64,000 bases of DNA. Source: an uncultured virus (IMG/VR IMGVR_UViG_3300027686_000002). Its lineage: Duplodnaviria > Heunggongvirae > Uroviricota > Caudoviricetes. Position numbers and translations under genes: made by a program. The notes beneath the pieces were generated by a model. That model was not told the DNA's origin. It saw nothing but the letters and a program-made list of their open reading frames with translations, and ran no database searches. The stretch lies in IMG/VR virus record IMGVR_UViG_3300027686_000002, one strand, 5' to 3'. This document shows, piece by piece, positions 55,379 to 64,000 of this stretch (positions are counted from its first letter, which is position 1; the number at the start of each line of letters is the position of its first letter).

Positions 55379-56509
55379 ATGTTAGAAAATATTGTAAAAC
55401 TTGATACTCTGTTTAAAAGAGATACAAAAAGTAAAGTTCGCATGTGGGAAGTTGAATATGGACAAGGTCCTAGGCTACTTGCAGGAACACGTACTATCAG
55501 TGGTTTAGTTGATGGTGCCAAAGTTACAAGCGAATGGAATATGAGTGCTCCCAAGAACGTTGGTAGAGCAAACGAAACAACCGCATTAAGCCAAGCACAA
55601 GCCGAAGCCCAATCTTTATGGGATAAACGTATTGAGAAAGAGTACTTTACAAATGTTGACAGCATTGACTCTTATGAACAATTTAAGCCAATGCTTGCAC
55701 ATGATTATACAAAGCGTCCACAAGACAAAGGTTGGAGTCAGCCTAAGTTAGATGGTATTCGTTGTGTAGTTAATAGTAACGGAATGTGGACACGTAGTGG
55801 TAAAGCTATTACAAGTTGCCCACACATTTGGGAATCTTTAAAAGGTTACATGGCAGAGCATCCAGGTCATATATTAGATGGTGAACTTTATAACCATGAA
55901 CTTAAAGCAGATTTTAATAAAATTATCTCACTTGTTCGTAAAACAAAAAGCACAGAAAAAGATATGGCTGAAGCTGAAACACTAGTGCAGTATCATGTTT
56001 ATGATATGTTTAATACAACAGCACCAGATATGAATTTTGTTAATCGTGTTAAGCAAGCATATTGGGCTAAAAACGATTATGTTCATATTGTAAAAACTGA
56101 CTTTGCAAACAGCCAAGAAGAGCTTGATATATTGTACAGTGAATACACAGAGCAAGGTTACGAAGGCCAAATGGTACGTAACGACACAGCATATGAAAGC
56201 AAACGTAGTAAGAACTTACTGAAACGTAAAGAGTTCATTACTGAAGAATTCAAAGTTCTACAAGTACTTGAAGGCCAAGGAAATTGGAGCGGATATGCTA
56301 AACGTTTTATACTTGAACTAGCAGACGGTAGACAGTTTGGTAGTGGAGTACGTGGACAGCAAGCACAGTTGGCAGAACTGTGGGCGGCTGGCAAAACAGC
56401 TAAAGGCATGCCCAATTGGGCCACTTGTAGATACTTTGAACTAACACCAGATGGAGTTCCACGTTTTCCAGTTATTGTGGACTACGGATACGGTGTACGT
56501 ACTGATTAA
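55379..56509 (+). CDS. ATP-dependent DNA ligase
   Basis: KPMLAH, QPKLDGIRC, LDGELY, YHVYD, YEGQMVR, KRS..LLKRK, PRFP. Confidence 0.92.
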   Translation: MLENIVKLDTLFKRDTKSKVRMWEVEYGQGPRLLAGTRTISGLVDGAKVTSEWNMSAPKNVGRANETTALSQAQAEAQSLWDKRIEKEYFTNVDSIDSYEQFKPMLAHDYTKRPQDKGWSQPKLDGIRCVVNSNGMWTRSGKAITSCPHIWESLKGYMAEHPGHILDGELYNHELKADFNKIISLVRKTKSTEKDMAEAETLVQYHVYDMFNTTAPDMNFVNRVKQAYWAKNDYVHIVKTDFANSQEELDILYSEYTEQGYEGQMVRNDTAYESKRSKNLLKRKEFITEEFKVLQVLEGQGNWSGYAKRFILELADGRQFGSGVRGQQAQLAELWAAGKTAKGMPNWATCRYFELTPDGVPRFPVIVDYGYGVRTD

Positions 56510-56533
56510 CTATAAATTAATTTAAATTAAATT

Positions 56534-56561
56534 AAAAACCCTTGTATTTTAAGGGTTTTTT
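56534..56561 (+). terminator. Terminator of repeated terminator-promoter cassette
   Basis: AAAAACCCTTG-TATTT-TAAGGGTTTTTT. Confidence 0.8.
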
Positions 56562-56575
56562 CTTTACGATTCCGG

Positions 56576-56604
56576 TTGACAAGTAAGACGTCTTGCCGTA
56601 TAAT
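56576..56604 (+). promoter_or_regulatory. Early sigma70 promoter with operator
   Basis: TTGACA-AGTAAGACGTCTTGCCG-TATAAT. Confidence 0.92.
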
Positions 56605-56639
56605 TAGTATATAAGTTAAACAAAACAAAGGATATAAAA

Positions 56640-56972
56640 ATGCAAAATGAAATAAACACATTGTTAGCAAGTATCAAGCAAGATTATATTAGATGGACTA
56701 CCCAAGATGGTAAGAAAGAGCTTACAGGCTATAACAAAGACCAAGTAGACAATTGGGATTCGTTGATGGAAGTTAAAGAAGGTAAAAAGTATATTAAGAT
56801 TATCAGAGACAGGGGTGTTTGGGGTTTTGTTGTTAAGGAAGACGGTCCTAAATTTAAAAAAGGTGATATACTAAAAGCCGCAGGTTATAATGCACCAGCT
56901 ACTAACGCCGCAAGGGGTAACATTTTTGAAGAATTTAGTGTTGCTTGGACCGGTCCACATTACTTAAAATAA
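56640..56972 (+). CDS. Early conserved phage hypothetical protein
   Basis: GKKYIKI..VWGFV..GDILKAAG.NAPA.N.ARGNI motif. Confidence 0.7.
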   Translation: MQNEINTLLASIKQDYIRWTTQDGKKELTGYNKDQVDNWDSLMEVKEGKKYIKIIRDRGVWGFVVKEDGPKFKKGDILKAAGYNAPATNAARGNIFEEFSVAWTGPHYLK

Positions 56973-56983
56973 GGGAATATAAA

Positions 56984-57388
56984 TTGACACCAGTACTTTA
57001 CATACTAATGAGAAATGACCTTGCTTCGCTTAATGCGGGCAAGGCGATGGCACAGGCTAGCCATGCTAGTAATGCATTTCTCTTCAACTTAGTAAATGAT
57101 CCATCAAAAGCTGACTATAAGGATTTAGTTGAAGAATGGATATCCACTACAACACAAGGCTTTGGCACTGTTTTTGTTCTAGCAGTTAATGAAGAACAAT
57201 TAAATAAGGCTATTGATCTTGCAGATGCAGATGGATTTGCAACTAACATAATTACTGATCCAACTTACCCAATCAAAGACGGTGACGTTACGCACCATTT
57301 ACCACTAGACACTTGTGGATATATATTTGGTGATCATGAAGATCCAATGTTGAGATTGATAACACAGGATTTAGAATTATATCCATAA
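56984..57388 (+). CDS. Peptidyl-tRNA hydrolase 2 (PTH2)-like protein
   Basis: YILMRNDL...AGKAMAQASHA, W......TVFVLAV, I.D; TTG start after AAGGGA. Confidence 0.75.
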   Translation: MTPVLYILMRNDLASLNAGKAMAQASHASNAFLFNLVNDPSKADYKDLVEEWISTTTQGFGTVFVLAVNEEQLNKAIDLADADGFATNIITDPTYPIKDGDVTHHLPLDTCGYIFGDHEDPMLRLITQDLELYP

Positions 57389-57394
57389 TAGGAC

Positions 57395-57423
57395 TTGACA
57401 ACCAAAGCGTCTTACCCTATACT
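57395..57423 (+). promoter_or_regulatory. Early sigma70 promoter with right operator half-site only
   Basis: TTGACA-ACCAAAGCGTCTTACCC-TATACT. Confidence 0.8.
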
Positions 57424-57455
57424 GTATATATAACTTAATTAAAAAGGAAAACGAT

Positions 57456-57965
57456 ATGACACTCATTCAAAAAGCAGATCTTTTCGCAAGTGTAGCACAT
57501 GCCGCAATTGGACAGAAACGCAAGTACAGCAATGATGACTATATCGTTCATCCTCGTAGAGTAGCAAAAACTGTTGAAACTGTTGGCGGCTCAGATGAGA
57601 TGATTGCCGCGGCTTTGCTACATGATGTTATTGAAGATACTGCAATTACAGGTCCAATGATAATGTCAGCATTTGGAGCGACTGTATTTAAACTTGTATT
57701 GGAGTTAACTGACACTAGTAAGCCAGAAGATGGAAATCGTGCAGTACGCAAAGGAATTGACGCCACACGCTTAGGGTTTGCAAGCAAAGATGCACAGATA
57801 ATTAAACTTGCAGACTTAATTGATAACAGTAATGATATTGAAGCAAATGATCCAAGTTTCTCAAAAGTGTTTCTTAAAGAAAAAGCACACTTACTTGATG
57901 TAATGGATAAGGTTCATGATCATGAGTTATATGTAACCGCACGTAAAAACTTAGGAGGTAAATAG
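57456..57965 (+). CDS. Standalone HD hydrolase of the (p)ppGpp hydrolase / Mesh1 type
   Basis: AH..QKRK....YIVHP..VA, AALLHDVIEDT, FG..V..LV.ELTD, IKLADLIDN. Confidence 0.85.
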   Translation: MTLIQKADLFASVAHAAIGQKRKYSNDDYIVHPRRVAKTVETVGGSDEMIAAALLHDVIEDTAITGPMIMSAFGATVFKLVLELTDTSKPEDGNRAVRKGIDATRLGFASKDAQIIKLADLIDNSNDIEANDPSFSKVFLKEKAHLLDVMDKVHDHELYVTARKNLGGK

Positions 57966-57969
57966 TTAT

Positions 57970-58170
57970 ATGGAATTAGATTTTATCATAGTAATGGGTG
58001 TGTTCACAATGTGTTGTGCATACTTTAACTGGAAAAGTGGATACCGTAATGGTGTAGCCGAAGGCATGGAACTAACATTAAAGATGTTAGAAGACGGCGG
58101 ATACATTAAGATCGTAAATGATGAGATTACAGCAATTGCGAAAGTCTCTGAAATACGAAATGACGCATAA
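57970..58170 (+). CDS. Small membrane protein
   Basis: N-terminal hydrophobic helix; GGAGG RBS. Confidence 0.6.
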   Translation: MELDFIIVMGVFTMCCAYFNWKSGYRNGVAEGMELTLKMLEDGGYIKIVNDEITAIAKVSEIRNDA

Positions 58171-58993
58171 TTTATTCACATACGAAACACTTGATGAGTT
58201 TCAGCAACAAGGTAAATGGCCTATTGCTGATTCTCTACTACTTTCTACGAAATACAAAGACAGATGGGAAATAGCAGAACGTTTATTTGATGATGTTAAT
58301 GAAGACTTCTTTATTAGACTTAACAAACAAGACGAATACAGTATAACAAAGTCTGTAGACCCAGAAATTCCACACAAGAGTTATTCCTTTCATCAATCAG
58401 GATCAGTGTTCAGTTACGACAACGACTTTATGGCAGGCCCAACAGACTGGGCATTAGATACACAGCACCCTAAAGAAGTAGTAGAACGTAGTAAGGTTTA
58501 CATATACGATTGGACAGCAGATAATGTTAAAGAAAGTTCTCCAGAGTTTGATTACTTTGTAGAGATGCATAAAGATTTTAAACCAGTACTAGATCATTAT
58601 TTAAATGAGTGCTATTCAGACCAACAAGAATTAATAGAAAAAACTCTTTACAAATTAATGATAATACGTTATACTAATCCTAGTGCTACCAAACACAACT
58701 TAGTAGAACATCGCAAATGGAATACAGAACGATTTGGAGATGGACACTTTGATGAAACATTAGGAGGTTTGCACTTAGGTGAAAATTATTCTGAATTTAC
58801 AGCAAGAAATGAAACAACAAACGAATGGGAAATTATTACTGAATTAACTGAAGATAAGAAAATGTGGATGCATGGAGAACATGCACAACAAAGTGGCTGG
58901 ATTCCTACTACACATGGAATGTCACATAATCCACAACCAGATCTTAAGGACCGTTACAGTATAATTTTTGATTTACAAGCAAGATACAAATAG
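58160..58993 (+). CDS. 2OG-Fe(II) oxygenase-like protein (IPNS-like pattern)
   Basis: [16 protein letters not shown] (HxD), PTTHGM, RYSIIF (RxS). Confidence 0.7.
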   Translation: MTHNLFTYETLDEFQQQGKWPIADSLLLSTKYKDRWEIAERLFDDVNEDFFIRLNKQDEYSITKSVDPEIPHKSYSFHQSGSVFSYDNDFMAGPTDWALDTQHPKEVVERSKVYIYDWTADNVKESSPEFDYFVEMHKDFKPVLDHYLNECYSDQQELIEKTLYKLMIIRYTNPSATKHNLVEHRKWNTERFGDGHFDETLGGLHLGENYSEFTARNETTNEWEIITELTEDKKMWMHGEHAQQSGWIPTTHGMSHNPQPDLKDRYSIIFDLQARYK

Positions 58994-59001
58994 GAGATAT
59001 T

Positions 59002-59589
59002 ATGATAATACCAACAGTAATTGAATCAACAGGACGCGGCGAACGTGCATACGATATTTACAGTCGTTTGCTTAAAGATCGAATTGTAATGCTTAATGGC
59101 GAAGTTAACGACCATACTGCAAATTTAGTAGTTGCACAGATGTTATTTTTAGAATCACAAAATAGTAGTGAAGATATTAATTTCTATATTAATAGCCCAG
59201 GTGGTGCAGTTACAGCAGGCCTAGGAATTTACGATACTATGCAGTTTATTAAATCTCCAGTAAGTACAATTGTTATGGGCCAAGCATGTAGCATGGGTTC
59301 GTTCCTTGCTAACGCAGGCGAGCCAGGTAAGCGTTTAGTATTACCTAACAGTCGTACAATGATTCATCAGCCAAGCGGTGGTGCAGGTGGACAAGCAACT
59401 GATATGCAGATTCAAGTAAATGAGATTATTAAGATAAAAGAAAGTCTTACACGCATTTATGAGAAGCATAATAGTAAGGGCAAAACATACGAAGTACTTG
59501 CAGAAGCTATGGAGCGTGATAACTTTATGTCCGCACAAGAAGCTGTAGACTTTGGTTTGGCCGATAAAGTTATAGAACGTAAAGTTTAA
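59002..59589 (+). CDS. clpP: ATP-dependent Clp protease proteolytic subunit
   Basis: [25 protein letters not shown] (Ser), MIHQP (His), ERDNFM (Asp). Confidence 0.97.
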   Translation: MIIPTVIESTGRGERAYDIYSRLLKDRIVMLNGEVNDHTANLVVAQMLFLESQNSSEDINFYINSPGGAVTAGLGIYDTMQFIKSPVSTIVMGQACSMGSFLANAGEPGKRLVLPNSRTMIHQPSGGAGGQATDMQIQVNEIIKIKESLTRIYEKHNSKGKTYEVLAEAMERDNFMSAQEAVDFGLADKVIERKV

Positions 59590-59602
59590 GATAAATAATA
59601 GT

Positions 59603-60295
59603 ATGAAGATACACGACATACTAGAATCAGAACAAATAGACGAAGGTCCAAACGACCCACATATATTCAAGGCAGTATTCCTAGCCGGCGGACCCGGCAG
59701 TGGAAAGAGCTTTGTTGCAAACGATATGTTGGGAGGTTCGGGACTAAAGACTATTAATAGCGATATGGTCTATGAATACATGGCTCAAAAGAAACAATTG
59801 GATTTAAGAGATCCTGAGCAAGTAGCTAGTCCAGATGGTCAAGAGATACGAAACCATTCAAAAACGTTAGCTGATCGAAGAAAGAACATCTATCTAGACG
59901 GCCGCCTTGGAATTATTATAGACGGAACAGGAAAAGATGTGCAAAAGGTTGCAGACAGTATTAAGGTAATGAAAGACCTAGGATACGAGTCTATGATGAT
60001 ATTTGTTAATACAAGTCTAGAAATAGCACAGGAGCGTAACGACAAAAGGCAACGTAGATTGCCAACAGAGCTCGTTGCGAATATGTGGGGTACTGTACAA
60101 AATAATATAATGAAATTTCAACAATTATTTGGTGCGAGTGATTTCCATGTTGTTGACAACAGTGGAGGATTAGAAGATCCGTCAAGAAAAGAGAATTTTG
60201 GAAAAGTTTATAAAGAAATCCAAAAGTTTCTTAACAGACCACCAGCGTCAAGGATAGCGAAACAATGGTTAACTGACGTTAGAAGTAAACCATAG
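59603..60295 (+). CDS. Zeta-toxin-like P-loop kinase with probable propeptide
   Basis: AVFLAGGPGSGKS, INSD, IIDGTG, ERNDKRQR lid; leader MKIHDILESEQIDE. Confidence 0.7.
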   Translation: MKIHDILESEQIDEGPNDPHIFKAVFLAGGPGSGKSFVANDMLGGSGLKTINSDMVYEYMAQKKQLDLRDPEQVASPDGQEIRNHSKTLADRRKNIYLDGRLGIIIDGTGKDVQKVADSIKVMKDLGYESMMIFVNTSLEIAQERNDKRQRRLPTELVANMWGTVQNNIMKFQQLFGASDFHVVDNSGGLEDPSRKENFGKVYKEIQKFLNRPPASRIAKQWLTDVRSKP

Positions 60296-60372
60296 TTATA
60301 AGTTCCCTCGATACTAAAATAAATACTAAGCAGTTCAACATAGAATTGCTTATCAATATGTGAAAGAATTAT

Positions 60373-60726
60373 ATGTATACTTACAGTGCGAAATTAATAA
60401 GAGTAATTAACGGTGACACATTGGACCTAGATATCGACTTAGGTTTCGATCTGTCTACAAAGCAACGATTAAAACTCCATGGTGTAAATGCACCCGATTC
60501 TAGATCAATGGATATCGATATCAAACAAAAAGGTATTGATGCTAAACAAAGACTAATTGATCTATTGACTAAAGAGTTTAAAGTAACGACTATCCTCAAT
60601 AAGCGAGGAAAGTATGGAAGGATCTTAGGATTCATTTACGTAATTGATTCTAAGGGTAATGAAGTTAACGTAGGTGAAGTATTGGTCGAAGAAGGCCATG
60701 CGATACACTACAACACAGGAAAATAG
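60373..60726 (+). CDS. SNase-like nuclease without signal peptide
   Basis: RVINGDT, LHGVNAPD, GKYGRILG; some catalytic positions altered. Confidence 0.7.
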   Translation: MYTYSAKLIRVINGDTLDLDIDLGFDLSTKQRLKLHGVNAPDSRSMDIDIKQKGIDAKQRLIDLLTKEFKVTTILNKRGKYGRILGFIYVIDSKGNEVNVGEVLVEEGHAIHYNTGK

Positions 60727-60727
60727 T

Positions 60728-62413
60728 ATGAGGTATTTTGGTTATTGGACAATTTTAGTTGCACTATCAATAAGTGCTGTGGCGGCCTACTATAGCATAG
60801 TTGGTCTTGTGGCTATCTTTGCCAGTGCCATTATACCGATTATTATTATGGGTACCGTATTAGAAATCGGTAAGTTAACCTCAGCAGTGTGGTTACACTT
60901 GCATTGGCGAGAAGCTCCCATGCTTATTAAGACGTATCTCACTGTAGCCGTGCTTATGCTAATGCTTATTACAAGCATGGGTATATTTGGCTTTTTATCT
61001 AAAGCACACATAGAACAAACTAGCCGGGCTACTGAGAACGTTGCTCAAATAGAACGCATTGAAGAAAGTATCGTAAGACAAAAGTTTATTATTACTAAAG
61101 CAGATACTAGCATAGACAAACTTGAAAATACAGACAACAATAAAGACGAAGGTATTCAAGCAAAAATCAATGTAGAACAAGAAAGAATTAATTCAGCATA
61201 CGCAGGTGTGCAACCATCAATTGATGAACAGAATGCAATTATTACAGATCAAAAAAATAGCTTAGAAAAACAAACAGCACCGTTTACTAGACAGTTAGAA
61301 GAGATTGATAATCAACTAGCGTCAATAGAAACGTATATTGCTAATGAAGATATTAAAAAATTACAAGGACTAATAGGCGCATCACAGGATGGACGCTATG
61401 GAACTAAAACTGCTCAAGCAGTGAATGAATATAGAGCTGAAAAAGAAAAGAACAGACGCATGGTTTTATATCAGCTAAATAATATTAGAAGCCAGGAAGA
61501 TACAGTTACTAAGGAAGCTAGAATAGAGATTAAAAGACTTAGAGCCTTTGCAGAACAACAAATTGCAGACTCTAACGCATTAATAACTAGACTTAGAGCA
61601 AACTTGGGACAAGGACAGTTAGTAGATAGTACAGACCAGATTAATGCACAACGTACTATTATTACTACAGCAGAAGATGTCCTAGATACGTTATACACCG
61701 AGAAGTTTACATTAGAGGGCGATAGCAGATTATTAGAAGCAGAAGTAGGCCCTGTAAAGTATATTGCTGAATTAATATGGGGTGCAGATCCTACTCGAAA
61801 CATGTTGGACGATGCTGTTCGATTTGTTATATTAATGTTAGTACTAGTATTTGACCCACTAGCAATTGTGCTTGTAATATCAGGCATAACACTAGTAGAA
61901 AGGTTTCCACGTAAGAAGAAACCAAAGGTAATATATGAAGAAAAAGAACCAATTTCTGAAAACATTGAAACAGACGATAGCGTCGAAGAAAATGTTGAAG
62001 TCATTGAAGAAACAAACGAAGATCAATCCAGTGTTAGCGTTCAAGATGAGATACTTGAAGAAGACGTAATACACACGGACGGCGAAGGCAAAGAGTACAC
62101 AGTCGATGCACTTACAGGCAAGCGCCAATATCTTTTAGATGAATCACAGTATAGTTTAAACGACACAGCAAGATCAACTTTAAAAAAGGAAAAAAAAGAA
62201 CTGGTAAATAAAATAGTAGCAGAGATGCGAAGCACAGGCAGTTGGCCCGGAGCAGGTTACTTATCAGATGATGGCGTAATCAAGAAAAGAATAGAAGATA
62301 TATTTGCAGATGACGCATCGTTAGAGTTGAAAGAGTTAATGGCTAAGGCAGACTCAGCAGTGTTAAATGAAGTATACAAAGAAATCATAAAAGATACCAG
62401 AGATGAAAATTGA
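60728..62413 (+). CDS. Polytopic membrane protein with long coiled coil and peptidoglycan-binding-like motif
   Basis: Three N-terminal TMs, heptads, LQGLIGASQDGRYGTKTAQAV, further TM VFDPLAIVLV, acidic tail; ATG 60728. Confidence 0.6.
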   Translation: MRYFGYWTILVALSISAVAAYYSIVGLVAIFASAIIPIIIMGTVLEIGKLTSAVWLHLHWREAPMLIKTYLTVAVLMLMLITSMGIFGFLSKAHIEQTSRATENVAQIERIEESIVRQKFIITKADTSIDKLENTDNNKDEGIQAKINVEQERINSAYAGVQPSIDEQNAIITDQKNSLEKQTAPFTRQLEEIDNQLASIETYIANEDIKKLQGLIGASQDGRYGTKTAQAVNEYRAEKEKNRRMVLYQLNNIRSQEDTVTKEARIEIKRLRAFAEQQIADSNALITRLRANLGQGQLVDSTDQINAQRTIITTAEDVLDTLYTEKFTLEGDSRLLEAEVGPVKYIAELIWGADPTRNMLDDAVRFVILMLVLVFDPLAIVLVISGITLVERFPRKKKPKVIYEEKEPISENIETDDSVEENVEVIEETNEDQSSVSVQDEILEEDVIHTDGEGKEYTVDALTGKRQYLLDESQYSLNDTARSTLKKEKKELVNKIVAEMRSTGSWPGAGYLSDDGVIKKRIEDIFADDASLELKELMAKADSAVLNEVYKEIIKDTRDEN

Positions 62414-62852
62414 TAACGATAGTTACACAGTAACACCCCCAGATTTAATGATGACGGAACATGGGATTGGAATTCTAATCTCCTCAACTAATCACGAACT
62501 AGTAGATGACATTAAAGCAGTATTTGAACAATACATTGCTACAAGTGTTGTGTTTATGGTTCAAAATAATAAAACAAATGGAGGAACATTACCTTGGATG
62601 TGGAATGTTTCTAAAACATGTGACTTCATGATAATTGATGTTGACACTTGTGCATGGGAAGATATTATGGCAGCACTTTTGAAATCAAAAGAAGAACCAA
62701 ATACCGTCCTATTTTATAGTGATAAGTACAAGAGAAGGGAGACAGTTAAATTGATTAATGCAACAGGAACAAACTTAGTGGTTAGGTCAATAAAAGATAT
62801 AACAGCCTATATCCAAGTACAAATGAGCACAGAGTATCTAAATGAAATCTAG
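62403..62852 (+). CDS. Hypothetical protein
   Basis: Overlaps neighbours on both sides. Confidence 0.6.
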   Translation: MKIDNDSYTVTPPDLMMTEHGIGILISSTNHELVDDIKAVFEQYIATSVVFMVQNNKTNGGTLPWMWNVSKTCDFMIIDVDTCAWEDIMAALLKSKEEPNTVLFYSDKYKRRETVKLINATGTNLVVRSIKDITAYIQVQMSTEYLNEI

Positions 62853-64000
62853 TTCTTCGTTAGTTCAGTGCAATTTTTGTAGTAAAGATACAACACAGGT
62901 AAAGAAGCTACTAGCAGGTGAAAACCATACGCATATATGTAGTGATTGTGTTGAGCTTTGTTATGGCATAATCAAGAACGAAACTGTTAAGATAGAAAAC
63001 GCTATTCAAAAGAAAACTAAAAACGTTATACCCACTCCCAAAGGAATACACAAGCACTTAGACAAGTATGTTATTAGCCAATCACATGCTAAGAAAACAT
63101 TAAGTGTTGCAATGTATAATCATTATAAAAGAATTAGTAGTAAAACAAAATCAAGGTTACAAAAAAGCAACGTGCTTATTGCAGGTCCTACTGGAACTGG
63201 CAAAACATTAATGGCACAAACACTAGCTAGGTTTTTAGATGTTCCATTTGTAATTACAGATGCTACAGTTATCACAGAAAGCGGATATGCAGGTGATGAT
63301 GCAGAAGTATTAATACATAAATTATTTGCCGCAGCAGATTACGATATTGACAGATGCCAACGTGGTATTATATATGTAGATGAAATTGATAAGAAAGCCA
63401 AGCGAAATGACTATGTTAGCTTGAGTAGAGACGTTTCTGGAGAAGGAGTCCAACAGAGCCTTTTAAAGCTCATGGAAGGTACTATAGTAGCGGTTCCGAA
63501 CAAACCGACACATAACCCGGAGAAGGTCGAAATCGACACCACTAACATACTATTTGTAGTAGGTGGAGCCTTCGTTGGCCTACAAGATGTTGTGCTTGAT
63601 CGACTCGGTAAAGCAAAGATAGGTTTTAACGACTCTAACGATGCCGCAATTAAAGACTGGCAAAGGCACTTACAAACACGTGACTTAGTAAAATATGGAT
63701 TAATACCTGAGTTTATAGGTAGACTTCCTAGTGTTAATGTGTTAAACTTATTAAGTAAGCAAGATTTAGTAGAAATATTGACAGAACCAACAGATAGTAT
63801 TATTGATCAAATAAAAGATTTATTTTTACTTGACAAAATACAAATAGAGTTTACAATAAGTGCATTAGAAGAAGTTGCAACTGTTGCTATAAACGAAGAA
63901 ATGGGTGCTAGAGGTTTACGTAAGATTTTAGACGAAGCACTTTTAGACATCCAATATGAGTTACCTGAGATGTATGAACAAGGAGTTAGAAAAATTATTA
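62842..64000 (+). CDS. clpX: Clp protease ATPase subunit ClpX (runs off window end; not in ORF track)
   Basis: Hand translation: CNFC..ICSDCVELC Zn domain, KSNVLIAGPTGTGKT, DEIDK, RDVSGEGVQQSLLK, IGF loop, GLIPEFIGRLP, GARGLR. Confidence 0.95.
   Translation, partial: MKSSSSLVQCNFCSKDTTQVKKLLAGENHTHICSDCVELCYGIIKNETVKIENAIQKKTKNVIPTPKGIHKHLDKYVISQSHAKKTLSVAMYNHYKRISSKTKSRLQKSNVLIAGPTGTGKTLMAQTLARFLDVPFVITDATVITESGYAGDDAEVLIHKLFAAADYDIDRCQRGIIYVDEIDKKAKRNDYVSLSRDVSGEGVQQSLLKLMEGTIVAVPNKPTHNPEKVEIDTTNILFVVGGAFVGLQDVVLDRLGKAKIGFNDSNDAAIKDWQRHLQTRDLVKYGLIPEFIGRLPSVNVLNLLSKQDLVEILTEPTDSIIDQIKDLFLLDKIQIEFTISALEEVATVAINEEMGARGLRKILDEALLDIQYELPEMYEQGVRKII

Noticed and set aside
53040..57423. Palindromic repeats of 30-50 bp as a CRISPR array
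   Set aside because: Intervals are hundreds to over a thousand bp of intact genes, each repeat is a -35/-10 promoter, and no cas genes are present
42862..64000. Host chromosome or prophage junction suggested by iscU, grxD, fpr, clpP, clpX
   Set aside because: These genes are interleaved with phage orphans, share phage promoters and codon style, and lack their bacterial operon neighbours; no integrase or att site seen
1..64000. Stop-codon reassignment or diversity-generating retroelement
   Set aside because: Genes are full length in code 11 with TAA, TAG and TGA all used as stops; no suppressor tRNA, reverse transcriptase or adenine-variable repeat pair was seen

Overview
AT-rich, densely coding 64-kb segment of a large T4-related contractile-tailed (myo)phage; almost all genes are on the + strand, and there is no sign of host chromosome, integrase or CRISPR. 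From left to right: dNMP kinase; a late modification pair (glycosyltransferase/methyltransferase-like protein plus 2OG-Fe(II) hydroxylase); tail sheath, tube, gp48/54-like and gp4-like genes, small and large terminase with acidic prohead-type proteins; a recombination/replication block (gp32, UvsX, UvsY, AAA ATPase, UvsW, a 194-aa miniature DnaE-like polymerase core, primase, helicase); probable head-internal/virion proteins; exonuclease, nrdA, nrdB, glutaredoxin and PAAR; a hypervariable island (about 41-53 kb) with five tRNAs, iscU, grxD, fpr and several paralogous orphan enzyme families; an early cassette array (53-58 kb) driven by near-identical sigma70 promoters carrying a palindromic operator in the spacer; then clpP, a zeta-toxin-like kinase, a membrane coiled-coil protein and a clpX (cut off by the window edge) with altered substrate loops. 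The most notable observations are the operator-in-spacer early regulon with its repeated terminator-promoter cassettes, the mini-DnaE, the altered ClpX, leaderless transcripts for replication genes, and a duplication scar at grxD. All product calls come from motif recognition by eye; no searches were run.
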